This document shows positions 34,001-48,020 of a DNA stretch of 64,000 nucleotides, piece after piece. The notes below the pieces were generated by a model that ran no database searches, was not told the origin of the DNA, and saw only the letters and a program-made list of their open reading frames with translations. Every line of letters starts with the position of its first letter. The stretch's first letter is position 1. The stretch lies in the NCBI GenBank assembly GCA_030704615.1, contig CM060734.1, positions 62,682,001 through 62,746,000 on the forward strand, given 5' to 3'. A program made the translations under genes and the position numbers. Source of the DNA: Takakia lepidozioides. Lineage: Eukaryota; Plantae; Bryophyta.

Positions 34001-37000
34001 ATGGAGGTTGTCCAGAACGCTTTCCTGCAGCACCACAAGCTTTGTGGATTCGCGCACGTAGTGGTTACACTGGGCGCTAATTCTTACGGATTTTCTGACG
34101 GGGTCCTCCACCCTGGTCCCCAGGTTGGCATACCAGTAAGCCATGGGGATGCATCTCCATCCTACGGAAATTTGGTTGGTGCAACATGTACGCTGTTGGG
34201 TCAAGGTTCAGACGTCTATGTACGGGTTGACGACACAGGCTTGCTCCTCTTCCCTGTTTCTTCAGATAATGCCCAGGCGATTGAAGATGACAGTAGTTGC
34301 AAGAATGACATGGTTGTTGGGTCGAGTCCGAAGGGAGGATGTGTCAGTCCGTTTAGCACCGCATCTTCAGTATCCATGGGGAGCCCCTGCATTATACAAC
34401 TCGCGTATGGGGACAGTCCTGCGGATGTAAAGACTCCTTCATCTTCAAAGGATTATTGTGTAGACGCCAGTGGAGGTGGCAGCGGAAACTCTGGGAAAAG
34501 AAAACGGTCTGCGGGACTAAATGGGAGTGGGGGAAGTCTGTTGAACCAGCTACAATGGTTAAGTACTAGAAATCAGGCAAGAGTGCAAGGCCATATTCTG
34601 GCCTTTTCACACCAGAATGGCGGAACGAGGGTTGCAGCACTCCTGGATGTATTCTTGCCTTCCTCCGTCTGGAGAGGCCCCGGTTTTTGGAAGTCGGGGC
34701 CCGCAGCAGCTGCTGCTCTTGCTCATTTGAGGTCATTTTACTTCATCCAAAAGCTATCAATCCATTACTCAGGATCTTACACCTCTCATAAAGTGGCGAG
34801 GCTTGTGTGTATGTGCTTGAAAAGTCGAATCTTCCTATGGAGAATCTGAACACTCTGGCTGCGACTACCCATAACATTTACATGATACAACAAAGCGGCC
34901 TTTTGCTTATAGAGCCCAACTTCTGCTAACTCTTGGGTCTTAACCAAAATTGCTGATGCTGTATTCTTGTGAACATGCAGCTGTGATTGGGACAGCCGGA
35001 GGGAAACTTTGCAAGGGTTGGAAACCGGTGGACAAATCCTGAAGGCTGAGAGTTTGTGGGAGATAGGCGAGTGTCATGTCCTTGATTGTAAATTGCATTC
35101 CGGCTCCCCTGATTTAGCAAAGCCAGATAGATTTGACCTCCATTCACTGTTCAAATCACTGCCCTCCTACAAGGTGGAGGAGAAGTGGGGAGGGGTGAAG
35201 ATAGAGCCCAGCAACATATCCTATGGCCTGCGGTCAGGTATATGGGATGTCCCTGATGAGGTTGTTATGACCATCTTGAGTAGGCTGTTGCCTAAGGATC
35301 TCCACAATGTTGCAGCAGTGTGCCGGTACACACGGATAATGGCAGTCTCCATCATGCCTTGCATGAACTTAAACCTTTTTCCACATCAGCAGGCTGCTGT
35401 TCGGTGGATGTTGCATCGAGAGCAGACACAAGGGGTCAGTGCATTTGCTTTCTGGTGGCACATGTGTATTTGCAAATCTAGATCCAATCTGTTCAAGTTT
35501 CCACTGCCAGCAGGTCATTGTGGTTGTAAATATGTGGACTGCCACAAGGTTTGTAATCTTCTGATGATTTTGTGCCTAAGAATTTTTGTGCACACTAAGA
35601 ACCCAACAAGTCAGGGAATAACCTTGTGCCAGCGAAAAGGTATTTGCAAGGAAGAGCCCAATCCCAGATGCAGGCATTGTCAATTTCTTGTAAGGAGCCT
35701 CTTGTGCTCTTTAGTGTTGTGAAGCCTAGCATTATGAGCTGGTGTTTGTTCTGTCAGGAAATCAGCCTAGCACAGTCCTTTTTAACTCTATGTAGCCTGT
35801 TCTAAGCTGCAAAGCTCTTGCAGGTGCTGCCTAATCCACTTCATCGAAAGTTAGAAACGGAGGATGGGTTTCCCTTCTTTTTAGACGTGGTGTCAGGTGA
35901 TCTGTCACCAGAGATGCCTCTCCCAGTACATGACTTTCGAGGGGGACTGTTTTGTGACGAACCAGGATTGGGTAAAACTGTCACTGCGTTGTCCCTTATT
36001 CTGAAGACTCAGGGTGCAGTTTCTGAACCTCCTACTGGTTCGCAAGTGTGTTGGTGTGAACACAGTTCAGGCGAAAAAGTTGGATATTATGAAGTCAGTG
36101 CAAAATTATCTCCTATGAAGGGGTCAGTTTTGAAGAGATCTATGACTTTGAAGGCTCGAAAAACACGAGCCGGTGCCTGGGAATCCTGCAGAGGGGCTCT
36201 GCAATATCAGCTAGACTATAGGGATACAATTTCTTCAGAAGCTGCAGGGAATTTGTTTGCTTCCACATTCTTCCCAACTTTGCCAGATTTGCCATCAAGT
36301 GGGACCCACAAGAGGCGACGGGTCTCATCTGCTACCCCGCTTGAAGATTTCTCTTCTCCCTTTCGATCAACAAGGTCATCAACGGTGGTTGGTCAGATTC
36401 CATTGGCAGCAGGGGCAAATTGTCGGGTAACCAGAAGCTCAGCTCGGGTGAAGTGCAAGTTGAGTGAAGAGGCTGAAAAAGATGTGGGTGAAGAGAGGAC
36501 AGTGTCAAGCCATGGGAATGGAAGGGCATCCAGCAGCCTTTTAGAAGACACAAAAAATAGAGGGACTAGGCTAGCTTCAAAGACTAACACGTACACATGT
36601 GGAACAGCTGGAGGTGCAAGCTCTCATGGAGATTGTTCTCCTGTCATAAGAAAGGCTGGGAAAACTGAGGACGAAGATTCGGCTTTGGTGGATGCAGATG
36701 AAGTTTGGGTTCAATGTGATGCGTGCACCAAGTGGCGCAAGCTGCCAAATGGTGCTCAGGCTCTCGAGGAGGGGATTGCTTGGTTCTGCAGTATGAACAA
36801 AGATTTACTCTATCAGAGCTGTTCAGTGCCTGAGCAAGTATTTGACAGTAGTGCAAGTGTTAGGAGATTGCCGGGGTTTTATAAGAATGGGACTGCTTCT
36901 GGGCAGCAACAGAATGTGGCTTTCTTTGCAAGTGTGATAAAGGAGCATGCCCATCTATTAGATGGAGGTGCCAAACGACCCCTTTTGTGGCTTGCCAACC

Positions 37001-40000
37001 TGAATCATGACAAGCTGGCCAAGTTGGCTGGCGTGGGGCTTACTGTCCCCCGAGAAGTGAGGGGAGTGGGCTCAGGAGATGAACAAGGGAGCTATGAGAT
37101 CATTTATCAGGCATTTGGACTAGTGCAAAGCAGAGAGGGCAAGGGAGATGCCAAGTGGCAATATCCAAAAGGTCTTGATGAGCTGGTCTTTGACTTGTCG
37201 GCACTGAGCCAGGCTCTGCTGAAGCCCATGGATGACGCAACTCGGCTTTACCTGTCAAAGGCAACACTGATTGTGGTTCCGCAGAATCTGGTTGAGCACT
37301 GGAAGAATCAGATTACCAAGCACACTACCCCTGGGCAGCTATGCGTGTATGTCTGGACTGATCATAAGAAGCCCCCTGTTGCACACACTCTTGCCTGGGA
37401 CTATGATATAGTGATCACAACATTTCATCGTCTGAGTTCCGAGTGGAGTTCTCGCGAGAACACAGTGTTGATGCGCGTACATTGGCTCCGCGTGATTTTG
37501 GACGAAGGCCATACTCTGGGGGCCAGTCTGAGCCTGACAAATAAGCTGCAGATGGCTATCTCGATGCATGCATCTCGTCGTTGGTTGCTAACGGGGACCC
37601 CTACTCCCAACACTCCTAACAGCCAGGTGGCGCATCTCCAGCCCATGTTGAAGTTTCTCCACGAGGGGATTTATGGGAAGCAACAGAAGCTTTGGGAGAA
37701 TGCAATCCTGCGACCATTCGAGGCTGGCCGTGAGGAGGGCCGGGCTCGCCTGTTGATGCTGCTTCACAGGGTGATGATTAGTTCAAGGAAGGCAGATCTG
37801 TGCACAATTCCACCATGTGTCCGAAAAGTGAAACTTCTGGATTTTACAGAGAAGCATGCAGCCAGCTACAATGAACTAGTAGTGACAGTCCAGAGAAACA
37901 TTCTTATGGCAGATTGGAAAGATCCCTCCCACGTAGAGTCCCTACTCAATCCTAAACAGTGGAAGTTCCGAGGCACCACCCTACGGAATGTGCGTCTCTC
38001 ATGCTGTGTTGCAGGTCACATAAAGGTGCGAAATGCGGGTGAAGACATTCGGGAGACTATGGATATATTTGTCAAAGAACAAGGCTTGGATCGCTTGTCT
38101 GAGGAGTTCAGTGCTATTGAGAGTGCTCTTCTGTATGGAGGTAACTGTGACAGGTGGGTGTTTTGTTGTGTAAGAGGTTTAATGAGGTGGGAGGCGGCAT
38201 CTGACTTGAATGCAGAAGAAGGTAACTTTGTGTTTAATTGATAATATTTCTTGTACTGTATCCACCTCCTTAGCTGTCACAGTAAATTAAAGGCATGTCA
38301 AGCCCTACACAGTGTAGTTACACCAGAATAGTCCTGTCCAGAAGTATTAAGCTGCTTATTTATTGTCGATACTTGTCCCTTATGTGCAGGTGCCAGGAAT
38401 GGTGTAGATTGCCAATTGTGACGCCATGCCGCCATTTGCTTTGTATGTCATGTGTTGCTCTGGACCGTGAGAAGTGCACTTTGCCTGACTGCGGTAACCT
38501 TTATAAAATGCAGAGCCCAGCTCAGTTGGCCCGCCCAGAGAATCCGCACCCTAAGTGGCCTGTGCCACAGGATCTCATTGAGTTGCAGCCCTCGTATGTG
38601 CAGGTAATCAACTGAATGAAATGTTCATTGGAGGAACCTGGCAGGTACAGCATTAGTCAGAAAGCATTCTCTTTGCTTACCTTCGCAAATGTCAGACGAG
38701 ATTGGCTCTTCATTAGGCAGTCCGTTTGCAGAAAGTGTGCAAAGTGCCTTTGCATGGACGTTATAGAGCCTCTCTCTCTCTCTCTCTCTCTCTCTAGTCC
38801 AGGCCCTTTTGTGGCCTAGTTATTGGGCAAACCACACACAGCAGGTTGATGCTTGTGTAAAGGGATTTTTAGAGGATATCTGGAAAACCTGGATCAATTG
38901 TTTATTCCAAGGTAAGTCTTACTACCGACGTCAACCCCTGACAAAGGTAGGTTCTGTCCCTTTGTGTTCCGCTCAAACTGGGCGTGGGTCAATGGCCACA
39001 AGGCTGCGGCAAACAATGTCTTGTGAGTACATTCTGTCTTTCTCTCTCTCATGAGGCTCCCTATGTTTCCGTCCAAAGTGGGCACGGGGTCGAGGGCCAC
39101 TAGGCTGCGGCAAACAAAGTCTTACGAGTACATTCCTGCTCATGAGGTGCTTCCCAATAGATGGGAATTTAATTACTATTTTGGTTTAGGGTATCTCCTT
39201 CAGAACTTCTTCTGCTCCTCGTGTGGACGCCAGAATTTCTTCTTCTTTCATGTATTGTGTGTTCTGTAGCTTTGTGTGGGTCTTATAGTGTCTACATTGG
39301 CAGGTTGTTTATGTGCTGTGCAACACACTTTTATAGCTTGGTCTGTCTTAAATCCTACAGGACAACTGGGACCCCGACTGGCAGGCGACTTCCAGTAGCA
39401 AGCTCACATATCTTGTAGAGCAGTTGAGAATGCTTGAGTGTGTGAACACCAAGCAGCAGAGGCCTCTCGATGCAGATGTTGACATTGAGCCATGCACTCC
39501 TGATATGAGAGCTGATGAGTGGCCAATATTTTCAAACAAATCTCAGACAGCTTTGTTGCCAGAAAAGGCCATTGTCTTTTCACAGTTTCTGGAGCACATC
39601 AATGTGGTCGAGCTGCAGGTGATGGCTTGGTTAAGGTTGAATAAGTGGATGTATGTGTGTCAGTCAATTGCACTTATTAATGGCCAGGTCATAGTTCTCT
39701 GCTTTCTGTTTTGGTCACTAAAATAGGTTGGAATTAGGACCATCCACAAGTCAACAAGAAGAAACCTGAGATAATGGTTGTCCATGTGGATGATGTGAGG
39801 TTGCATTGACCATAAAGAGTAGTATTTTTGTGTGGAGTTTTTGATCTGTTCCTATCTCTGCGATGATGGGGTTTTGCACAAAGCAATGTTATGGCTCATA
39901 AGAAACTATGATAGAATGTGGGTTGGATGTGTTCTGGTTTTTTGGTCCAGCATCTAGAGGAACATGTCTGGCCCGCTTTTGAATTTGTGGGGTGGTTGGC

Positions 40001-41423
40001 TTCTGTAGTTGAGCACAGCTGGCATTCAGCATGTTGGAATGTACAGTCCAATGCACTCCGCTAACAAGGTATGTTCTGGCCCTTGGATTTCAATGTGGTA
40101 TATTCTGTCACTGAAAGACTTCTTGGAAGCTATGAGTGGGGTTATGAAAGAGTTCTTTCCGATTCAGTGGGTGGCACCGAGATCATTCAGCAGCTCCAAA
40201 ACTGTGATTGTGTGTGATGGTAGTTTTTCACCTGTGCTTTTTGAGTGTTCCGGAATAACATGAAAAATTCCATGGTGCTGTCTCTTGGGTGCAGTTGAAG
40301 TCTTTATTGACATTCCAAAACGACCCTGCCTGTATGGTGCTGGTGATGGATGGAAGCGGTGCCCTAGGTTTAGACTTGAGCTTTGTAACTCATGTTTACC
40401 TCATGGAGCCAATTTGGGATCGAAGGTGAAATCTTTCTCTATGTTTGTGACAGTATATTTTTAGTCGAATGGTTATGATGCATTGGTTACTTTGGCTCTT
40501 AATCTTGCATCAGTAACACCTACTATGGGCATGCTTGATAGTTTGATGGGCTCCTATGAAGCCTGTACTGCCCTCCTTTTGGCATATCCTACAATCATAT
40601 AGGGGATACTACAATGTTTGCTTGAAGTAGTAAATCCAATTCTGAACAATCCAACCTATAGTCAAGTGCAAAATTATTTGAATTATTTCTATGATCATGT
40701 AGTACCTTGGTCCATCAATAGCTTCCAAGCTGATAGTTAGTTCCTGTGTGTCAAACAGCATGGAAGAACAAGTTGTGAGTAGGGCGCATCGTATGGGGGC
40801 TACTCGCCCTGTTCTTGTTGAGACTTTGGCTATGCGAGGTACTATTGAGGAACAGATGTTGGATTTCCTACAGGTATTTCCTGGTCTCGTGACTTATGCG
40901 TTCACCTTAGATGGGAGATGGGGAGAGAGGTACACATTGTCCCAGGGAGAAAGTCATGAATTGACATTCGCTGAGTTTTCTTGCTATGATGTAACCTCCA
41001 GATACGGATGGTCTCAGCCACCAGGGTGTATGAGACCCGACAGCTAGGCATGTGAACTTGGTGGCAGATGACAATGCTCTGACAGGAATGAAGTGTTGGG
41101 ATGAGGGCTAGCATTGATATCATATAGCAGAAAGCTTGAGGTCGATTGAGCAGTATTGCTATAATGGAAACGTTTGTCATGAGTGTGGGTGTGATTGCAC
41201 TTACAGCCACCTGTTGACTGAGGGACAGAGATTTGAAGTAGGGGGTTCTCTGACTACGCAAGTTGGAATTCAGGATTCAGGTCAGCAAAGCAAGGCGCCT
41301 CATAGGGATGGACATGACATGGGCGGCCGGGCCAATCAACGCTCCTTGCATGACCCTGCTGAAAGTAGCTATCTAGCATGCCTTGATTTTGTTCGAACTG
41401 GCACCAAAACTGTGATTGCTTGA
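34001..41423 (+). CDS. F-box + CW zinc finger + SNF2 ATPase/helicase + RING protein (At3g54460-like); exons ~34001-34731, 34981-35434, 35824-38153, 38390-38603, 39361-39618, 40009-40068, 40295-40405, 40760-40873, 41274-41423
   Basis: F-box IWDVPDEVVMTILSRLLPKDLHNVAAVCR; SNF2 motif I GGLFCDEPGLGKT; zf-CW WVQCDACTKWRKLP...WFCSMN...CSVPEQ; motif II LDEGH; motif III LTGTP; RING CDR|CQEWCRLPIVTPCRHLLC..C...CTLPDC; helicase-C EQVVSRAHRMG; C-terminus RSLHDPAESSYLACLDFVRT. The GT-AG junctions checked are phase-consistent. Confidence 0.95.
38770..38795. repeat. (CT)n microsatellite in an intron
   Basis: About 13 CT units. Confidence 0.9.
38960..39147. repeat. Intronic imperfect tandem repeat (~100-bp unit), with a dispersed relative at ~44455-44520
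   Basis: GGCCAC.AGGCTGCGGCAAACAA.GTCTT..GAGTACATTC occurs twice; TGGCCACAAGGCTACAACAAGCAAAATCTAATGAATACATC occurs at ~44478. Confidence 0.7.
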
Positions 41424-42561
41424 TTGAGTGGTACAGTGGAAGGATCATCTGATATTTATGTGCTCTGAGGTAAGCAGAAGTCATTGTATGGGGCACATTG
41501 AAGCTGGGAGTGCAAGAGAGCATCGGGCATGTGCTCAGCACAATGCATCTTTCCCCTGATATCTGTTTGGAAGCCTCTCACTCCTGGATGGGAGACAGCT
41601 TTACAAAAGTAGACAAAACATCATGGGTGAGCCATGCAGCTGGTCCATCCAGTGACTGCGACATCCGTGAGCTACTGCATTACACCACTTGAACTTCATT
41701 TCCACGATCAACTGAAGTGCAGAAATGCTGATGTAATGAGTGTGGAATAACACCGGCCACCGTATGTGCCTATGTGAAGTATGTGGCCTCCTTTTTGTAG
41801 AGTTTTGGGATCAATGTTTGGTATTTTCCATTCCGGCAGTTGATGTGGTAAACATATTTGAGTACATCTTGGTTGGGGCTGCAAAGGTGGCACAGCTAGG
41901 TGTTTTTATATTTATTTTCCATTTATTGAGTTCTTTTGATTGGCAAAGGTCTCTAATACAGGGCAAGTGTACACTGGATACCTTTGGGATAGCTTGGAGA
42001 TTACATCCCATTTTGGATTAAAGTTTGTTTAGGGAGGGATGGTGAAGTTAGTTTATGGAGGTCTTTGATTGTTACTAAGTATGGGCTGCAGTTATACTAC
42101 ACCAACAAAGATCTACAGCAGTGCAAATGTCAAAAAGGCTTGTATTTTTTTCGAACATGGCAGACAAATAGTTTAGTAGTTACAGTGGCGCGACAGTGTT
42201 CAAGACGGTTCAGTTTGTCACTGCAGTAAAGGAGGTGGAGACTGGAGAAGCTGTCAATGCTGACTCTAGATGTTATCAGAAGTGGTGTGGATTATGGATT
42301 TGGTACCTAATCTCCAGATCTCAAAGAAGAAAGAAAGCAAGAAACTATCTACCATCCGTAGGGGCCGAAAAGGGCCTCTGCAGCACAGTAGAACAACAAC
42401 AGAACAACTTAGAAAACAAAATCAAACAGAGATAAAACATAACATTCATAGAATGCACACCTAAGACGCTGTTTGCCGTAGCGTTGTGGCCATAGATGCA
42501 ATGTAATATTCCTGGAGGAAAACACCACAAGCAGAAGATTACAAGGCATACTGACTTGCCA

Positions 42562-44523
42562 CTATGTAGAGAGGCATGGTGGTCCGGGGTCTGTGGATGG
42601 GAAGGGGACAATGCCGATAACCCAGGAATATTGAGGGCGGGTGCCTGTATCGTAGACGGATTGGATGCAGGAGAATGTGATGGTATTGTCAAAGGTATAA
42701 TGGCACCAGAGAGGTGGAGAGATGGAGGGGTTTTGAGGGTGGTGCTTGGCTACGTCGATTTCCCTTGGCCGGTCGTTCGGGGATGCTGCGGATGGACAGA
42801 ACCAAACTTGCAGTGGCTCTATTCCACAAGGCTTGACATTGGGTGGTTGAATCAGCAATTTCCAGCCATCAAGGAAGACAAAACCAACCTACAAGCACAG
42901 CATCATGCCGTTTGTAAGCGACGCAAAGCACTTGTGAGGAACAACCATGAAATGAGAAAGGGAGGACCAGTTGAGGAGAAGAATGTGTATAATACCCAGT
43001 CAAACTAGTCACACTGGACAGCCCATAAATACATACTTCACAATAGGCATTCATCTACATTGTTGTATTGCAGCAGATTCATTGCACAAACAGAGAAGTT
43101 CAAATCTGGCTTTTGTGAGGGAGGATCTATCTGCCATTGATCCAGACATTCTTCCACCATAAGCTGTCATTCCATCCATAAAGATTTCCATAAGGCCTTG
43201 TCTCACCTTCTGCTTGAGATAAAGATACTCAAGGAAAACCTTCCATTCATCTCTCTCACCACCAGGGCCCCGCTTACAAAGCTCAAAAGAGGGATATAGC
43301 TCATTGGAAGCAGCATGATCAGATGCCTTGTCATATGCCTTGATGTGTAATGTGGCTGGCCTGTCCAACAACAAGAGAGGTTGACTTGAGCAGAGTGAGA
43401 AACGATATAAAAAACAACACAGTTGCCAACATAGAACAAACATTGAGTACTGCAAAGCTGTTCTCAACTTCAAATAAAAGAAAACTGTCAGGCACAAGGA
43501 TTATAGCCCAATAAGCATATATACAAAAGAAGAGAAGGCAATAGACCGCAACTTACAGTTTGATTGGTGGAGCCACCAGACATGCCACACAACTTATTGC
43601 CTTGCATCTCTCATCAAGAATCCTACCCATGCTGGTACCTCTGCTGCCACACCACATATATGCCAGAACTGCATTAGACTGCTAGAGACAAGGCATTGAA
43701 CCCAAAACTCAACATCCTGTTTATGAAACTTGGAAAATTTGTATGATCACTCATTTTGAAGTGGCTACTGTCCCTCTCTACCCTCCCCATAGCCTGCCTC
43801 CCTCCTTTCCTCAACCTGCCCTGGAATAGTGAGGTCTGAGACACCCAGAACTCGAATTGTTTTTTTCAAAATATTCAAATGAATCTCATGCAAACAAGGT
43901 CTAAGAGAACAATCTCTGTCTCCCATGATCTACATGACAAGCTTACAGCTGGAAGTATAGCTCGCCATAGTTGACACCTAGGATAGGGTCATGTGCATAT
44001 AAGGTCATGCATACACCAATGACGTAACATTCAAATGTATATTCTCATCAACTCAGTAATCTTGCTGTGGAAACTTCCACTGTTTCCGGATATCAGACAT
44101 TTCCAGTTTGCAAAATTGGCTAACCCTATATTTTTGTCCTATTTTTCTTTGAAGTTCAAGATGTACGGCAAAACTATGTTCACACCCACATTAAGCATCT
44201 CAGTCTTTGCATATACCCAAAGGACCTCTTATTTTTTGCAGCAGATCTCTGTGTTACATGTGGTGTCTAGGGATGAATGCGTCCCAGTTGGTATCAATGG
44301 ACAGAAACAACACAGAAAGTGTCTAACACATTGAGGAATGTCACCTGATCTTGGCAACATCTCCAAACTCCTCACACTTGCAATCACACGTTTTGTCTCT
44401 ATGTCTCTCTCCTTCTCTCTTCGCTCTTATTTTTCTGTCCCCCCACCATTCTCCTTCCAAACTGGCTCCGGGGTATATGGCCACAAGGCTACAACAAGCA
44501 AAATCTAATGAATACATCTCCAT
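42562..44523 (-). CDS. Spliced gene encoding a SPOC-like domain (exons ~44523-44345, 43640-43557, 43360-43207, 42888-42562); 5' and 3' ends uncertain
   Basis: Three GT-AG introns join in phase to give ...RILDERCKAISCVACLVAPPIKLPATLHIKAYDK...LYPSFELCKRGPGGERDEWKVFLEYLYLKQK|VGFVFLDGWKLLIQPP, matching the SPOC C-terminal pattern F..YL..K..(A/V)G.....l.l.PP. The domain name is inferred from motif memory. Confidence 0.6.
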
Positions 44524-47500
44524 CCTGATTACTTATGGGTTGAGTTTGCATATTCACCCCACAGCCGGCTCAGGAGAATTTTAGTATCCTGCAGGGACAT
44601 TGCCCAAAGGGAACTATCAATAAGTACTTTCCCTCTTATTTCATTCATCAACTTTTTGGACGTTAGGAGAGAGGAAGCAAAACCTCATAAGTTCCTTTCT
44701 TCATTTCATTTCATTTCTTGGTGGTTCTACTGTCCTTCTATTGTTTTCGCATGGACCCTGTATGGACGATGTTCTTCCGAGCAACTGTTGTACACGCAAA
44801 CCAAATCTTCCGTCTAGCATTGACAGGCTGAAACAGTAGGGTTGGGACAAGTGATACTGACCTTCCTCTGCAAGTCTGTTCAAATCCATGGAGTTCTCAA
44901 AATGCGGAGCAGCTCGATTTCACCTGCATAACAAATTTTCCGGAGAAATTTAAAAGACTCTGCCAATCCTCTCCCTCTCAGGAATTCCATAATAATTTTA
45001 ATCCTTTCATGTGCAGCAGCTGGGTAAGCCTTCATCTGAGCATTCTTAGCTTCTGGGACTGTATTCTGAATTATATCGTTTGGGTGACTTTCCTTGTCTT
45101 TTTTGGCTTTCATGCATTTGTGACGGAAATTTGCCTGTGAGGCTGTCCTTGTTGCCTGATCAAACTTCAGCAGTGGTATTTTGGTTGAATTGATTAATTT
45201 GTTAGGGGTGAGACTGGTGCAGATAAGTCATTATCCCAAGGGCTACAAACAGGATAAAATTGTAGGGATGGGGCTAAATGAAGAAGAGCTCAAGCGCAAT
45301 TCGATACAGGGGCCTGTCTTTCTGTGGCATTATTGCATCTTTGTTGTGGCAGTTCAAGCAGTGGGTTTTGCTCAGAAAATTGGGACTTAGTGGATGTAGC
45401 AGTATGCAATGATGTTAACCATCATTTGCTGTCCTGGCTTTCACTGGAGCATTTTTCAGGTAAGTGTTGACTACTTGGCAAAACCACTGGAAGTTTGATG
45501 CATGGAGGGTTGGCTATTATGAGGTATGTCGGTGGCTTACTTGTAGCATTGGTAGGAATATTCAAGCAGGAAGTGTTTTGATTGAGACTTAGCAACCAAC
45601 CAGTATCCCAGTGCTTAAAACACCATGGTCAGACTACGTAGTGTGTGTTCAATCTGGAGTTTAAGGAAGCCATATTATCCAATGTACCATTGTCGAGTGT
45701 AGATGTCTCTGCTACATGCACACTATTTTCATGAGCCAGGGATCACTTTCCATGAGCTATGGGTATACACCAGCACGTTCTATCGACCATCTCTTAAGGT
45801 CAGTCTCGGGTGGAGAAGACAATCTGGGTAGCAAGATGGCTACCAGAGAAACCATTATGAGAATGATCATACTCTCATCTGAAAGTAGGTACTCCGTGGA
45901 CTAGAAAATCATCACCCTCCTTCTGCCCCCTCATTGGAGTCGATATCGGCAGTTCTCATGGTTGAGGAATGTCTACGTCATCTTAACTATCATGCTCTGC
46001 TTGGATTACAGTACTTGGTGAACTTCTGGGACCGCATAGCAATGGTTTCCAGTTAACCGTGATGTTTTGTTTGCTTACTCAGTTTTTCAAATCGATGCTT
46101 TTGGACAAAAGCCATCTCAATCTGGACATCTACAGGAGATGTAGACCATGTATGGATTGTAGGTTCATACTTCCATTTTGCTAAAGGCTTTGAAGCTCCT
46201 CAGGTAAGTAAAGTTGCTACAAACTGCTCATGGGAATTATTCTTTTAAAGGACTTGATTCGGCTGAAAATGGGATATTTGGCAATGTTACAAGTCTTCCT
46301 GTAGTTGAAATTTTGAAAAGATGGATTGCGACGATTAGCCTCAGTTTCATTCTTTCAGTATACAGCCAAAGAAGCCAGAACCCTGCTTAAAGCTTTGCCA
46401 TTCAAGGTGAGATGGGAGAGGACGGTAAATGGTCAGGCTATAACTTCATGCGTGGAAACTGGAATTCGATATGGGAGTTGGGTATTTGGGCACAGACCTG
46501 TGGGAAATAAGGCAATAACTTACCATATGCAATGACATTCTTCCTTCTGTGTAGATACTACCGCATCAAACATGCAAGCTATTACCCAGCAAGTTCCACT
46601 GAAATTTAGTAATAAGACTACTTGTAGAATTGTGCAATCTTCCATAGCCTCCACTCCTCAGCAGGCAACTGCTTGGCTGCCTTTAGATCCACCATGGTAA
46701 CCACCTTTGGCTTCTAAATGTACAATTTACTTCTACCTGCGTTGAGAAATACTGGATTTTGTGACAACAGAAGCTGCAATTCTGCATACAGCTGCAAATT
46801 GAACCCATTAAGCCATTTCCTGCCGTCTTATTAGCTCCACACTATGCCTTGATGGTCAGGGACTCGGTAGGTGGGGGTGAACAGGGAGGTAGTGACGGGT
46901 TACCCAAGCATGGAAAGGGAACACTTTTGTAAGGAAATAAATGAATGGAATTGTTTTTGGGGCCCTGGAGGCAACTTCATTAGTACTGGTCTCACAGAGC
47001 ATGCACACAAGCGGATGACTAGACAGTTTGTCATCACATGTTCATCACCCGCTGCTAGTCCTGAAGTGCAGAGCGCAGGCTCAGAAGGGCCGTTCTCTCT
47101 TTTCGTGCGCTTGCGTGTTTGTAAATGTGTACGTTTGTGGAGTGCCTGCAGACAAGGTGTACCGCTCACACCATCATCGTCCTCTCAGCATCCGACTGCA
47201 TGACCAGCCTCGGTAACGACACACACAGCCCTCGATGTATATCCAGAGTTGTATGTGTCCTTACTGAGGCTGCTCATGGAGTCGCTTCCAAACTCAGGTC
47301 TCACGAAGAAGGAAATGGTGTTTAAACGTCCAAGTAAGTAGAATTACATAGATTCTATAGTTCTTGTTCTGATCTGACACACCCCCTCACTAAAAAACCC
47401 CACCTTTGGTACTCTAGGTTTGTTGGGGGAAGGATATATACATCAACTGCGCGCAACGGTGTGCGGCAGTCTCTCTCTTGGACGGTACCCTTTGCCCTCA

Positions 47501-48020
47501 TCCAGAAACTCGCCATGCCCCCCCTGCTCTTAGTACTTCTAGAACAACCACAAAGCATCCATCAACGGGGCTCGCAAAAATGAAAAATGAAAGATGCAAA
47601 CCGGTTGACGGCAGACAAGCGTGTGAAGGTGAAGAAGAGTAGGCAGTAGATCAGGCAGGTATTTGACAAGGTTGTGGCAGCATCCTCACTACTTCCATTT
47701 CCCCGCACCCCGTGTGGCTCCTTTGGAGGATCAACCACGTTCGCCTCTCTAACACGATCTAGTTCGCCTCTCTAACACTCTCCGCGCACAAGCTGTTCCA
47801 CTCCAGCAACAATTGTACAACAACATCAGGCCCTATGTACCAGTCCAACACTGGTATATACGCTTGTGAAGGGCAGCTAACTCCACCCTTCCGTTATCTA
47901 AGGCGTGAAGTCGCAATTCCCTCTTTGCTCTCATTATTGAATCCTCAAAGCCGCCCTGTTTTTGTATAGAGTAAGTCCCCCACCCCAGGGTGTTCCGCGG
48001 TGTGAGGGAGGAGACAGGAC

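Noticed and set aside
47340-48020. Left TIR pairing with 49300-49385 to make the SNF2 3' duplication a Pack-MULE
   Set aside because: No convincing inverted partner or TSD was found left of the duplication.
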